Source: an uncultured Cytophagales bacterium
Lineage (GTDB): Bacteria > Bacteroidota > Bacteroidia > Cytophagales > Bernardetiaceae
Assembly: GCA_963761725.1 (NCBI GenBank)
Contig: CAVXHP010000006.1
Location: 253,534 to 317,533, forward strand
Direction of reading: 5' to 3'
Length of the DNA: 64,000 nucleotides
The first letter of the stretch is position 1, and each line of letters opens with the position of its first letter. A program made the position numbers and the translations under genes. The notes below the pieces were generated by a model. That model had not been told where the DNA came from, ran no database searches, and saw only the letters and a program-made list of their open reading frames with translations. Shown here one piece after another: positions 8,688 through 19,404 of this stretch.

Positions 8688-10904
8688 ATGAGAAATAGGG
8701 AATACAATTATTATAAAATATACTTAAGACTATTTTTAGTAGTTCTTATCTGCATTCCTATTTTTTTGGTAAAAGCTCAAAACAACACTTCTAAAGTAGT
8801 TCAGGGTGATTCTTTAAAGACAATATGGATCTCCTCTCAACAAGAAAAAATAATTATTTCTGGTTCTTCTCAAATTGCTGAAGACAAAACAGGTTTTTTA
8901 TCTATTCAGAAAGCCATCAAAACATTAAACTTTGAGAATTCTAGTATAGAAAAACCTAATTTTGGTTATACTTCTTCTGCCTACTGGTGTAGGTTTCAAA
9001 TTCAAAACGCAGCAAATGTTGCTCAACTTCGCTGGTTAGAAGTGCAATATCCTTCAGTAGATTCTGTTTGGCTTTATGAGGTAGATAGTGCACAGAATAT
9101 TGTTCAAGTTAGATTGGTAGGTGATAGAATGCCATTTAATGTGAGAGAAATAAAAGATGCTGATTTGGTTTTTATATTAAATATTGATGCTAGAAAGACC
9201 AGAACGTATTATATGCGATTTAAGACAGAAGGAACAATGACCTTTCCGTTGGTACTTTGGCAGCCTCAAGCATTTAGTGAACAGACAGCCAAAGACAGGT
9301 TTGGTTTTGGTATTTATTATGGAATTATTGTCGTGATGGTGTTCTATAATTTATTTATTTTCTTTTCTTTAAGAGATAGAGCCTATTTGTATTACGTACT
9401 TACCATTATTTCGATTGCACTTTTTCAGCTTGCTTTTAATGGATTGGGATTTCAGTATTTGTGGGGAGATTTTTATGCTTTTAATGATATTGCTATGCCT
9501 TTCTCAATCATTTGTTTTTCCTTTATCTCTCTGCTCTTTGCAAGGCAGTTTTTGCATCTAAGAGAACTTCTCCCTAAAATAGATAGAATAGTTTTGATTT
9601 TTGTTGCACTAATTATCATCGAACTTTTGCTAGTCTTTCTTCTTCCTTACAAAATCATGATAAAAGTAAGCTCTATTACTGGAGTAATTGCGACAAGTTT
9701 GCTTTTTTATATGGGTGTAACGAGTTATAGAAAGGGATATAAATCAGCTATCTACTTCTTGATAGCTTGGTCTTTGTTTTGGATAGGTATTTTATTAAGT
9801 ATTTTTAAAGGCTTTGGTCTTGTATCTACCAATTTTATTACGACTTATGCTATACAGATTGGTTCGGCTTTAGAAGTTATTTTATTATCTCTAGGACTTG
9901 CAGACCGTATAAACACGCTAAAAAGTCAGCTTTCTCAAAAAATGATAGCCGAAAAAAATCAGAAAATAGAAAACGAAATAAGACAACGTTATTTAATAGA
10001 AACTCAAAATCAGCAATTAGAAAAACTAGTAACCGAACGAACAGCAGATTTGGAGCAAAAAACAACAGAATTACAAAGTCAAAATCAGAAAATAACAGAC
10101 AGCTTGAAATATGCAAAGCGTATTCAGGAAGCAATTTTGCCTCCCAAAGAAGAACGAGACGGTATTTTGGGAAATCATTTTGTGTTCTTTAAGCCAAAAG
10201 ATATTGTTTCTGGAGATTTTTACTGGATTTCAGAGCATAAAGAACAACAAAAAATAGTTATTGCAGCTGTAGATTGTACAGGACATGGAGTTCCGGGAGC
10301 TTTTATGTCTATTATCGGAAATAATTTATTAAATCAGATTATTAACGAAAAACAAATATTTCATCCTTCTCTGATTTTGGAAAAATTGCATAAAGGTGTT
10401 CGTACTGTCCTAAAGCAAGATTACGATTCACATTCAAGTTCTATAAATACTTCTAGGGACGGAATGGATATTGCACTTTGTGTTATCAATAGAAAAGAAA
10501 ATACATTAGAATTTGCAGGAGCAAATCGTCCTTTATGGATTGTGAAAGATGGAAACTTTGAAGAAATAAAAGGAGATAGAAAAGCAATTGGAGGTTGGCA
10601 AAACGAAACAAAACGAGAATTTACGACACATTCGGTTGTTTTGAATGGAAATATGAATGTCTATTTAGCTTCTGATGGATATAGCGACCAATTTGGAGGA
10701 TGTGATGAAGAAGGACAAGCAAGTAAAAAATTTATGTCCAAAAACTTCAAAAAGCTATTATTAGATATGAATACCAAGAATGATAAAGTACAAAGCCTAG
10801 AAAATCAGTATTCTACTTTAGAAGATGTTTTGGAGAAATGGAAAGGTGATGAACAGCAAATTGACGATGTTTTGGTGGTTGGTTTTAGTGTTAGCAAAGA
10901 ATAG
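8688..10904 (+). CDS. 7TMR-DISM sensor fused to a PP2C/SpoIIE-type phosphatase
   Basis: N-terminal extracellular domain, seven TM helices, a coiled coil, then SGDFYW...AVDCTGHGVPGA...DGMD...SDGYSDQFGG. ATG at 8688; the track ORF starts at a GTG at 8655. Confidence 0.8.
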   Translation: MRNREYNYYKIYLRLFLVVLICIPIFLVKAQNNTSKVVQGDSLKTIWISSQQEKIIISGSSQIAEDKTGFLSIQKAIKTLNFENSSIEKPNFGYTSSAYWCRFQIQNAANVAQLRWLEVQYPSVDSVWLYEVDSAQNIVQVRLVGDRMPFNVREIKDADLVFILNIDARKTRTYYMRFKTEGTMTFPLVLWQPQAFSEQTAKDRFGFGIYYGIIVVMVFYNLFIFFSLRDRAYLYYVLTIISIALFQLAFNGLGFQYLWGDFYAFNDIAMPFSIICFSFISLLFARQFLHLRELLPKIDRIVLIFVALIIIELLLVFLLPYKIMIKVSSITGVIATSLLFYMGVTSYRKGYKSAIYFLIAWSLFWIGILLSIFKGFGLVSTNFITTYAIQIGSALEVILLSLGLADRINTLKSQLSQKMIAEKNQKIENEIRQRYLIETQNQQLEKLVTERTADLEQKTTELQSQNQKITDSLKYAKRIQEAILPPKEERDGILGNHFVFFKPKDIVSGDFYWISEHKEQQKIVIAAVDCTGHGVPGAFMSIIGNNLLNQIINEKQIFHPSLILEKLHKGVRTVLKQDYDSHSSSINTSRDGMDIALCVINRKENTLEFAGANRPLWIVKDGNFEEIKGDRKAIGGWQNETKREFTTHSVVLNGNMNVYLASDGYSDQFGGCDEEGQASKKFMSKNFKKLLLDMNTKNDKVQSLENQYSTLEDVLEKWKGDEQQIDDVLVVGFSVSKE

Positions 10905-11060
10905 ATTTTGCCTAGAAATGTAATGAAAAAGTAATGAAAAAGTAAAAAAATTGACTTTACAAAAAAAAACCTTTATTCCAGTACATGAAAGTACTAAAGT
11001 AAAGGTTTTTATATGTTTTGGCTTTTTCTGATTCTTTGTAAAAAGATATACAAAATAAAC

Positions 11061-11216
11061 CTACGCTTTTTTGTTTTTCTCAAATTCTGCTTTAATTGCC
11101 TCAACATCTACGTTAAGCATTGGAGGAACAAAGTTATTGTGTTTGAGCATCTTTTCACGTGCAACAGATGCACGACGACGACGCTTCAATTTGCGTTCTA
11201 ATCTAGTAACTGACAT
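11061..11216 (-). CDS. Small basic hypothetical protein (51 aa)
   Basis: ATG..TAG ORF reading MSVTRLERKLKRRRRASVAREKMLKHNNFVPPMLNVDVEAIKAEFEKNKKA. It is below the track length cut-off. A hairpin lies at about 10966-11010. The overlapping plus-strand track ORF looks spurious. Confidence 0.35.
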   Translation of the reverse strand: MSVTRLERKLKRRRRASVAREKMLKHNNFVPPMLNVDVEAIKAEFEKNKKA

Positions 11217-11345
11217 AATTTTAATGGTTTAGTGTTTTCGAAAACTAAGATGCAAAGATAGGCAAAATTATTATCAAAAAAAGCTAGAATATATTTTTTT
11301 CTGTTTTATCTACTAGAAATCTTATTAAAGAGTAGTAGGATTCTA

Positions 11346-12158
11346 TTAATATCTATCTATTTTACTCAGTTTCAGAATTCGTATTGCTCCTTGTACAACG
11401 AGAATAAAGACGATAGTTCCTATAATTAAGTCTGGTAAACCTGAATTCAACCAGTTTACTAAAATTCCTGCTACTAGTACTCCTAGATTGATGATTATAT
11501 CATTAGAAGTAAAAATCAAACTTGCCTTCATATGTACTTCTTCTTTACTTTTTGATTTTTGCATCAAATAAAGACAAGCTCCATTTGCAAGTAGAGCAAG
11601 AAAAGATACAATAATCATAGTTTGAAAATCAGGTAATTGCTCGTTTCCAAAAAATCGTCTCAAAATTTCTACAAAACCAATACACGCCAAAATAACTTGA
11701 GAATAACCTGCCAGTTTGGCTACTCTTTGTTTTTGAATAAGTGGTTTTCCTACTGCAAAAAGACTAATTCCATATACAAAAGCATCTGCCAACATATCCA
11801 AACTATCGGCTACTAACCCCATAGATTTCGAAATTAGTCCTGTACTTATTTCTACAACAAAGAAAACAAAATTGATAAGTAAGACCGTCCAAAGTAATTT
11901 CCTTTGATTTTTAGTTTCTACAAAAGTTTCTTTTTCCGATTTCTCTGTCTTGATTTTTTTTGTTCCCAAATTCAACTCTAGGAGAAATTTTTCTATTTGT
12001 TCTTCACTATTTTCTTCCTCGTAAAAAACAATCAGTTCCCGATTTGGAATATCAAAATCAAGATTTTTGATAGTCAAAATGCTGTCTAGTTTCATTCTTA
12101 TTAGATTTTCCTCTGAAGGACAATCCATTTTTGAGATTTTGAAAAGCGTTTTTTGCAT
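11346..12158 (-). CDS. Cation diffusion facilitator-type metal efflux protein with N-terminal MDCPSE metal-binding-like domain
   Basis: KMDCPSEENLIRMKL motif, then about six TM helices with DSLDMLADA and Asp/His-bearing helices. Confidence 0.65.
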   Translation of the reverse strand: MQKTLFKISKMDCPSEENLIRMKLDSILTIKNLDFDIPNRELIVFYEEENSEEQIEKFLLELNLGTKKIKTEKSEKETFVETKNQRKLLWTVLLINFVFFVVEISTGLISKSMGLVADSLDMLADAFVYGISLFAVGKPLIQKQRVAKLAGYSQVILACIGFVEILRRFFGNEQLPDFQTMIIVSFLALLANGACLYLMQKSKSKEEVHMKASLIFTSNDIIINLGVLVAGILVNWLNSGLPDLIIGTIVFILVVQGAIRILKLSKIDRY

Positions 12159-12177
12159 AACTTCTTTACTTTAAAAT

Positions 12178-12414
12178 TTATTTAAAAACAGGAATTGCAG
12201 GGTCTTTCGAATTCGGATTATTCATTGCCGTATCAATTTCTAAAATTTCCTTATTAGATTGTTTTAGTAATTTAGTTTTTTCGTATTGCAGACTATCTTC
12301 CAAAAAAGCATCGTTTATTTTTTCCTCTTTACTCATTCCACAGGATATAAAAAGTAGAGAAGAGACAGTAAATAGTATCAAGACAAGGATTTTTGTAGTG
12401 TATTTTTGTAGCAT
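12178..12414 (-). CDS. Small lipoprotein, hypothetical
   Basis: Signal peptide with lipobox LFISCG; 78 aa. Confidence 0.45.
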   Translation of the reverse strand: MLQKYTTKILVLILFTVSSLLFISCGMSKEEKINDAFLEDSLQYEKTKLLKQSNKEILEIDTAMNNPNSKDPAIPVFK

Positions 12415-12430
12415 AATTAAAGTTGATTAT

Positions 12431-12459
12431 TTCTAATTCGTAATTTCTAATTCGTAATT
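12431..12459. repeat. Heptamer-based TCGTAAT/ATTACGA intergenic repeat
   Basis: Sequence ttctaattcgtaatttctaattcgtaatt, with 7-bp periodicity. Confidence 0.8.
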
Positions 12460-12556
12460 AACAAAAGTATAGTATATTTAGCTTATTTTTGTTAGATTTT
12501 ATTATTTCGCATTATCCTTTTTTTGAAAGCATACTACATCAGAACTACAATTAATT

Positions 12557-14402
12557 TTGCTCAATTTTTTCGAAACTTCTTCTAACAACCTTCATAGTTC
12601 CTATACTCGTTATTCTAAAAAAATAAACGGAATTATTATTCGTTTCTTGATTTGGAAGGGTGAATATTTATCTGATAAAAACTTCCTACTCGTTGTCAGT
12701 ATTTTTATAGGCATTTTGGCAGGTATGGCTGCTATGTTTTTGCGTACAACGGTGCTTTGGGTAGAGCATAGTTTGGCTTCTTCAAGTCAATTTTCGGAAG
12801 ATTACAATTATGGTTTACTCTTTTATCCTACTATTGGACTACTTATTACGGCTTTTTTGTCTAATGTAATTTTCAAAACTGATTTTGGACATGGTTTTAC
12901 AGATATTCTCTATTCTATTTCCAAAAAAGATGGAAAAATAGATTTTAGTAATATTTATTCTCGTATGCTAGGTGCTATTTTTACAGTTGGTTTTGGTGGC
13001 TCGGCTGGTTTGGAAGCTCCGATTGTTATGTCGGGTGGTGCTATCGGTTCGAACGTTTCGAACGGCAATGCTTTTTGCTAAGAAAAAACGTATTTTACTC
13101 ATTGCTTGTGGTGTTGCTGGTACGATTGCAGCTATTTTTGATGCACCGATTGGAGGAGTTATTTTTGCTGCCGAAGTGATTTTATTTGATGTCAGTATTG
13201 CCAATATTGTCCCTATTTTACTGGCTTCTGTTGCTGCCAAACTTACAGCTTTAGTTTTGGGTGGCGATGATGCTCTTTTTACCTTTCGCTTAAAAGATGC
13301 TTTTCAAACCATCGATGTTCCTTACTGCATTGCTTTGGGAATTTTGTGTGGGTTTCTCTCACTTTATTTTATGATTGTCGTTAAGAAGACAAATAAATTA
13401 GCGAAAAAAATACCTAACCCTTATCTAAAAGCACTTATTGGAGGACTATTTTTGTCTGCTCTGATTGTCGTTTTTCCACCTGTTTATGGAGAGGGAACAA
13501 TGCTTTTGAAATCTCTTTTGAGCGGTAGTGAAATTGTAATTTTTGCAAACAGTATTGTTTTTAAAGAATTGCCTCCTCAGGCTTTATTTTTAATTTATGT
13601 TTTGGTAATGCTTTTGTTCAAATGTATTGCTTCGGCTATCACAATTGCAGCAGGTGGAAGTGGTGGTACTTTTGCACCTTCCTTGTTTTTGGGTGGAGTT
13701 TTGGGTTTTACCTTTGCTAGAATTGTCAATATTACGGGTTGGGAGAGCTTGTCAGAAAGTAATTTTATACTTTTTGGAATGTGTGCAGCTATCTGTGGCG
13801 TCCAGTATGCACCCTTAGCAGCTATATTTTTAATTGCCGAACTTACGGGTGGTTACGAATTATTTGTTCCTCTAATGCTTACTTCGGCAGTTACCTATAT
13901 TACTGTTACTTATTTCGAACCTCATTCGCCTTACATTCGTGAACTTGTAGAGCAAGGAGATATTATAAAAGGAGACCAAGATAAAAAAGTACTTAGTAAA
14001 ATTAAGATTAACAAATTAATAGAAAAAGACTTCAAATCTGTTCCAGAAAAAGGAACGCTTCAAAACCTTGTGGATACCATAAAATTGAGTCATCGCAATT
14101 TATTTCCTGTCTTGAACGAAGAAAAAGAGTTTGTAGGAATGATTCAATTAAATGATGTTAGAAATCTAATATTTGAACCCACAAAATACAAAACTATTGT
14201 TTTGCGTGATTTGATGCAACGTCCTTCCGAAATTATAGAATATGGAGAAGCAATGGACACTGTTATGAAAAAATTTGAAAGTAGTCAGGCGTGGAATTTA
14301 CCTGTTATCAAAAAAGGAAAGTACTTGGGTTTTGTGTCAAAATCTTCTATTTTAAATAAATATAGAGAGGGAATGCAAGAAGAAAATGAAGAGATTTGGT
14401 AA
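12557..14402 (+). pseudogene. ClC voltage-gated chloride channel with C-terminal CBS pair, +1 frameshifted (or sequence error)
   Basis: Two overlapping track ORFs in different frames. The first ends GFGGSAGLEAPIVMSGGAIGSNVSNGNAFC*. The second continues ...AMLFAKKKRILLIACGVAGTIAAIFDAPIGGVIFAAE. Removing one T from the T-run at 13056-13058 gives a continuous GSNVRTAMLFAKKKR. Confidence 0.8.
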
Positions 14403-14649
14403 AAGGAGATTTTGAATAAAATAGACTATATTTAGAGATATAATAAAGCAAAATTAATCCTATCTATCCTCTATTTTAAATTGGTCTGTACCGAAGAGCT
14501 GACCAGTTTAAAATGTGTATTTAAAGCTCAAAAAGGCTTATTTTGTTCAAGTCAGACCTTCGTTACAGACTTTAAAAAAATTAAGATATACTATAAACTA
14601 CTCATTACAAGTTACTTATACTCCACTACTTACTTTTCTATTTTACAAT

Positions 14650-15816
14650 ATGCACCTACAAAATGATTCTCTAAACGATAAAGAAAATTATACAAAGACA
14701 AAAAAAGAGCTTTTAATATGTAAAAATTGTGGTTTTGAGCCTGTTGATAAATTCTGTTCTAATTGTGGACAGCGTACTCAAAGTCGTTTTGATTTAAAGT
14801 ATATTGTACAAGAACTCTTTGCTGTATTCGAATTGGAAAAAGGATTTTTGAAAAATATAGTCGAACTTACCTTTCGTCCTGCCAAAATGATTGAAGAATA
14901 TATAAATGGAAAAACGAAAGATTTCTACTCTCCTTTTAGCTATTTCTTCGTTAGTATGACTATTTTTTTGTTTATTTCCTTCAACTTTCCTATTTCTTCC
15001 ACCTTTAGTATCGGAGAAGAGAACGATGATAACTCGGAGGAGATTATGGTTTTTAATGTAAAAGAAGAAGAGAACAATTTGAAGGAAAAATATGCTCAAA
15101 AAATAAAATCTATTTCTACACAAATAGGAATTGCAGATAGTTTGAGATGGAAAGAATATTTGATTCAAAACGAATTGAACGATAAAATGCTTACTTTACA
15201 GAAGTTTAGGGAAGCAGAAATTATATTAGAAAAAGATAGCCTTTTCGTAATAGACGAAAGCAAAAATAGAGATGAAACTGAAAATCAAAATGCTTCTATT
15301 TACAGTTCCTTTTATACAACTGTTTCACACCAGTTAATTAATTTACAAAATCAAAGAGAAAAGGAAGTAAAAGATTTAGAAAAAAAATCACTTTCTGCAC
15401 AAATTGCTACTTATACAATTTTTTATCTTACTCCTTTGTATTTAGCATTTATAGTTTCATTGTTTTACTCTAAAAAGAAACTTTATTTTACCGAACATCT
15501 CATCACTCAAACTTTTATTGTAACTCAACTTGTTGTGCTGATTACTTGTCTGGTGGGAGTATTTCGCATTTTATATTGGATAAGTTATTTTTTCGATAAA
15601 GATTCTACTTTTCTACAAGATATAAATATTATTTTGGCCGCTTTACTTTGGTTTTCTGGATTTCTTGGTATAATTGGCTATTACTTTTTTGTTATGCGTC
15701 GTCTATACAAACAATCTTGGTGGCTTACTTTACTCAAATGTACGGGAATAAGTATAATTTTGTACTTTATAGCTTTTATGTTTTTTGTTATCGTTAATTT
15801 AATTTTTGTAGGGTAA
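14650..15816 (+). CDS. DUF3667-like zinc-ribbon membrane protein
   Basis: N-terminal CKNCGFEPVDKFCSNCGQ zinc ribbon, then KGFLKNIVELTFRPAKMIEEYINGKTKDFYSPFSYF and C-terminal TM helices. ATG at 14650. Confidence 0.65.
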   Translation: MHLQNDSLNDKENYTKTKKELLICKNCGFEPVDKFCSNCGQRTQSRFDLKYIVQELFAVFELEKGFLKNIVELTFRPAKMIEEYINGKTKDFYSPFSYFFVSMTIFLFISFNFPISSTFSIGEENDDNSEEIMVFNVKEEENNLKEKYAQKIKSISTQIGIADSLRWKEYLIQNELNDKMLTLQKFREAEIILEKDSLFVIDESKNRDETENQNASIYSSFYTTVSHQLINLQNQREKEVKDLEKKSLSAQIATYTIFYLTPLYLAFIVSLFYSKKKLYFTEHLITQTFIVTQLVVLITCLVGVFRILYWISYFFDKDSTFLQDINIILAALLWFSGFLGIIGYYFFVMRRLYKQSWWLTLLKCTGISIILYFIAFMFFVIVNLIFVG

Positions 15817-15831
15817 TTTTAGCTTATCCTT

Positions 15832-16608
15832 TTATTTCACCAAAACCTCATCAAAACTACTTTTTAAAGTATTGAGGTTATAATGTTTCATCGTTAGTTT
15901 ATTCTTTATAGAATTAAGACCAAAATGAGAAATAATTTGTGTCAAGCTAACTGTTCCTCCGTGTGGGTCTTCCATCAAAATTTGTTCTCTAGGAATAGCA
16001 TTTTGTTTTTCTCCTCCTTTTACATGAAAATGCCACAATATTTGAGAAATAATATCTAATTTCTGTCCTTTTTTAAAGTAAAAATCTATCCACTGCTCAA
16101 ACCATTCTTCTCTTTTTTCGGCTATTTCAGAAGTATAAAGTGTCGCTGAAGACCAAATATAAGCAAATTTTGTATCTATGATTTTCTTATATAATTTATT
16201 TTCTTCTTCCACCCATCTATATTCAGTAAGTGAAAAAATACTCCTTTTCTCATGTTTTTCTATCCAAATAAGTGTAAAGGATTCTATTTTATCAAAATTA
16301 TAGCTCTCAATTTCGCTTTGAGAAGTTGCTGCTAATAAATCCATCAAAATAATTCCTCTACTTTTTCTGTAAGGCGTATTTCTATTGTGTCTTTGAAAAG
16401 CACCATTCAAAAGGCAAAGTGTACGCCCTTTATCTGTAATTCCAATCCAAGAACCACCCGCATCACCATCAATAGGACGAAGAATTTTAGTTTTATTTAA
16501 TTCTGTAAAAGAAGGTAATTCAGAATTTTTACGAGTTTTTTGTTCATCTCTGCTTGAAGTGAGAATAAAATCGTTGTTTTCTAAAGGAACAAAAGTAAGC
16601 GTACACAT
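15832..16608 (-). CDS. NRDE (TANGO2-like) family protein
   Basis: N-terminal MCTLTFVP...SSRDE signature; 258 aa. Confidence 0.7.
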   Translation of the reverse strand: MCTLTFVPLENNDFILTSSRDEQKTRKNSELPSFTELNKTKILRPIDGDAGGSWIGITDKGRTLCLLNGAFQRHNRNTPYRKSRGIILMDLLAATSQSEIESYNFDKIESFTLIWIEKHEKRSIFSLTEYRWVEEENKLYKKIIDTKFAYIWSSATLYTSEIAEKREEWFEQWIDFYFKKGQKLDIISQILWHFHVKGGEKQNAIPREQILMEDPHGGTVSLTQIISHFGLNSIKNKLTMKHYNLNTLKSSFDEVLVK

Positions 16609-16613
16609 ATAAT

Positions 16614-16644
16614 AATTACGAATTAAAAATTACGAATTACGAAT
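16614..16644. repeat. Heptamer ATTACGA repeat (left arm of an inverted pair)
   Basis: Sequence aattacgaattaaaaattacgaattacgaat. Its inverted partner is at 16775-16806. Confidence 0.8.
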
Positions 16645-16774
16645 ATAATGATAAATGAGTGAACAAAAGTATCTACAAAAAACGGCATTTCAAAAATGTA
16701 TCTTTATCCTCTGTAAACTATGTGTTAGAAAAATAAATGATTAATGAACATAAATTTTATAACTTAGAATATTG

Positions 16775-16806
16775 TAATCGTAATTTTTAATTCGTAATTC
16801 GTAATT
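16775..16806. repeat. Heptamer TCGTAAT repeat (right arm of an inverted pair)
   Basis: Sequence taatcgtaatttttaattcgtaattcgtaatt, which is near-complementary to 16614-16644. Confidence 0.8.
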
Positions 16807-16810
16807 GTTT

Positions 16811-17257
16811 CTAATTTTCATTCTCAAAAAACTTCCTATAAACAGGACTTCTGTACGCAAATTGTGCCCACATTCCAGGATAAATAATAGCGTCTAATAC
16901 TTTTGAGGACGTGTAATAATCTATATCATCGATAATAATACAATTATTTTCATCTACTTTTTTGATTCTATGCTGATGTTTCCATGTTTTGAGGGGAAAA
17001 GGCAAATCTTCGGCTGTATCTACAAAATAAATTTCGCTGTCTGTTTCGGCTTGTTCTACTATATAGGAAGTCCATTTTGAGCTATAAATCCCAAAATCTA
17101 ATTCTAAATGTACCTCATCACCTACTTTACAGCCATCAAAACGGTTGAGTTTGAGTTTTGGAAAAGGAGGACTGAGTTTTAAAAATAATTTTTCTGTAAA
17201 ACCATTCCATACTTCTTCAGCAGAACGGTTGATTGGAGTTTCAACGGTTAATTTCAT
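16811..17257 (-). CDS. SRPBCC (START/cyclase-dehydrase-like) family protein
   Basis: About 148 aa reading MKLTVETPINRSAEEVWNGF..., typical of the SRPBCC ligand-binding fold. ATG at 17257. Confidence 0.55.
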   Translation of the reverse strand: MKLTVETPINRSAEEVWNGFTEKLFLKLSPPFPKLKLNRFDGCKVGDEVHLELDFGIYSSKWTSYIVEQAETDSEIYFVDTAEDLPFPLKTWKHQHRIKKVDENNCIIIDDIDYYTSSKVLDAIIYPGMWAQFAYRSPVYRKFFENEN

Positions 17258-17431
17258 AGCCAACAAAAGCAAATACTAAAGGAAAATGTTTTGTTATCTT
17301 TGTTCTGAATTACTGTATATTATGATTGTTAAGGATTGACAGGATTTATAGGATTTGAAAATACAGATTAATACAAATGAATTTTTGTATTAATTAATCA
17401 CTAAACGCTTATAACTAATCACTAAAAAAAA

Positions 17432-18538
17432 ATGCTTTTCTCTGATATTTTAGGTTTAGACGACCTCAAAAAAACGCTTACTTCTGCCGTTCATAATAAC
17501 CATGTGGCACATGCACAACTTTTTTTGGGTTATGAAGGAAGTGCAGGACTTTCGCTTGCGTGGGCGTATGCGACTTTCTTGAATTGTGAAAACAAACAAG
17601 AAAACGATGCGTGTGGAAAGTGTAGTTCCTGTATTCGTTACAAAAAACTAATTCATCCAGATTTACATTTTGTCTTTCCGACAGCAAAAGCGAAAGCCTA
17701 TAAAGAGCGTGAGGAGTTTATGAAAGGCTGGAGAGAATTTTTACCAAAACATACTTATCCAGTTTTACAAGATTGGTCAGATTTTTTGGAAACCGATGGA
17801 AAACAGTTTAGTATTTCGGTATCTGAAAGTCGTTATATTTCCAAAATTTTATCTCTAAAAGCGTATGAAGGAGGTTATAAAATTATGATTTTGTGGTTGC
17901 CCGAATATATGAATGCCAGCGCAGCAAACGCACTTTTGAAGGGGTTGGAAGAGCCTCCAAACAAAACTATTTTTCTTTTGGTAACAGAAAAAACAGACAG
18001 AATGCTCGCTACTATTCTTTCTCGTTGTCAGCTTATCCAAATTCCTCGTTATTCGGATAAAGAAGTGAAAGAATATTTGACAAGTCAGAATATAAAAGAA
18101 GAAGAAGCCATAGAAATTGCTCCTTTAGTAGATGGAAATCTAAATGAAGCGATGAAACTTAGTCAGCATACACAAAATAAAAATCAAGAATGGTTTAGGG
18201 ATTGGATGCGTCTTTGTTTCAAACACGATTATGCAGGTTTTGTAGCTCAAGCCGATTTGTTTCATAGCTTAGGAAAAGAAGGACAAAAAACACTTCTGAT
18301 GTATGCCTTAACTATTTTGAGAGAATCCTTAATTTCTAATTTTGGAACAGAAGAGCTTATCCGTACAGAATCTGAAACATTAAAATTTGTACAAAATTTT
18401 GCTAAAGTAATAGATGAGAGGAATATTTTTTCATTAGTAGAAAAGATTGATGAAGCTTACTTTCACTTAGAAAGAAATGCAAATTCTAAAATTATCTTTA
18501 TGGATTTGTCGGTGCAGATTGCTAGGCTTTTGAGATAA
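17432..18538 (+). CDS. holB: DNA polymerase III delta-prime subunit
   Basis: HAQLFLG..GSAG, zinc module CGKCSSC, the LLKGLEEPP box and SRCQ sensor motifs. Confidence 0.85.
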   Translation: MLFSDILGLDDLKKTLTSAVHNNHVAHAQLFLGYEGSAGLSLAWAYATFLNCENKQENDACGKCSSCIRYKKLIHPDLHFVFPTAKAKAYKEREEFMKGWREFLPKHTYPVLQDWSDFLETDGKQFSISVSESRYISKILSLKAYEGGYKIMILWLPEYMNASAANALLKGLEEPPNKTIFLLVTEKTDRMLATILSRCQLIQIPRYSDKEVKEYLTSQNIKEEEAIEIAPLVDGNLNEAMKLSQHTQNKNQEWFRDWMRLCFKHDYAGFVAQADLFHSLGKEGQKTLLMYALTILRESLISNFGTEELIRTESETLKFVQNFAKVIDERNIFSLVEKIDEAYFHLERNANSKIIFMDLSVQIARLLR

Positions 18539-18551
18539 ACAAACTATATTC

Positions 18552-18875
18552 TCAATCCACAAAAGTTTCCTTTATTATTTCCTTTACTTTTTTTATTGTT
18601 TTGGGTTCTAATGTTCCTATATTTTTTGTTATTCTAGTTTTATCTATGGTTCTTATTTGGTCAATTACAATGGAGTTTTTCTTGCCTTCTAAATCAAAAG
18701 AAATACGAGTAGGGTAATTTTTGTTTTGCGAAGTAATAGGACAAATAACGATAGTTTTCAAATTGGTATTTATCTCATTTGGAGAAATAATAACACAAGG
18801 ACGAGTTTTTTTGATTTCACTTCCTACTGTCGGATTAAGATTGACAATTACTATTTCGTATTGATTGTAATTCAT
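18552..18875 (-). CDS. mazF: Type II toxin, MazF/PemK family
   Basis: YEIVIVNLNPTVGSEIKKTRPCVIIS...ICPITS...IDQIRTIDKTR. It is paired with an upstream AbrB-type gene. Confidence 0.85.
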   Translation of the reverse strand: MNYNQYEIVIVNLNPTVGSEIKKTRPCVIISPNEINTNLKTIVICPITSQNKNYPTRISFDLEGKKNSIVIDQIRTIDKTRITKNIGTLEPKTIKKVKEIIKETFVD

Positions 18876-18927
18876 TTTTTGAGTTGTGTTTTATTGTTCG
18901 ATAATCGAAAATGACTTAATTTAAAGT

Positions 18928-19173
18928 TTAATCTAACTCCTCAAAATTTTCATCTTCAAAAATATCATCTATCAATAATTCATCATCTCCATTTTTGTGC
19001 ATTGCTTGAAAAGCCTTTTCCCAACCCTGACGAGGTTTTGTAATAGGCTTCATAATTATACAATCCTCTTCCAAAATAAGCTCTATTTTATCTGTAATCT
19101 GATATTTTTCCAAAAGCATTTTGTTCAAACGAATGCCTTTTGAGTTTCCAATCTGAACTACTGAAATTTGCAT
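18928..19173 (-). CDS. mazE: Type II antitoxin, AbrB/MazE/SpoVT family
   Basis: MQISVVQIGNSKGIRLNKMLLEKYQI swapped-hairpin motif with an acidic C-terminus. Confidence 0.8.
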   Translation of the reverse strand: MQISVVQIGNSKGIRLNKMLLEKYQITDKIELILEEDCIIMKPITKPRQGWEKAFQAMHKNGDDELLIDDIFEDENFEELD

Positions 19174-19404
19174 AATAATTTTATTTTTAGGTAAATCTGT
19201 AATTACAACGTGATTACTTATAATTTTGTTATTCGTTCTACTATTAATAAATCTCTAATTCTTTTTTTATACAGATTTAGAATCTAAAGCAACCTTTCCA
19301 AATCATTCTGCATCTACCTAAACAAGAAACAAAAACAACTTAATCTAGCGTATTTTTAAAGAAATGCAGAAATACGTACTCAACCTTTTTTATGAAATAA
19401 TTTT

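Noticed and set aside
11013-11201. Track ORF (62 aa, plus strand).
   Set aside because: - It overlaps a more plausible minus-strand 51-aa ORF (11061-11216) that has an ATG start and a basic, protein-like sequence.
- The plus-strand product is Phe/Leu/Cys-rich and begins inside a terminator hairpin region.
14481-14649. Upstream extension of the DUF3667 gene (track ORFs starting at 14481 and 14515).
   Set aside because: - The extension crosses an inverted repeat or terminator-like hairpin (about 14477-14513).
- It encodes no conserved sequence.
- The family normally begins just before the CxxC zinc ribbon, which fits the ATG at 14650.
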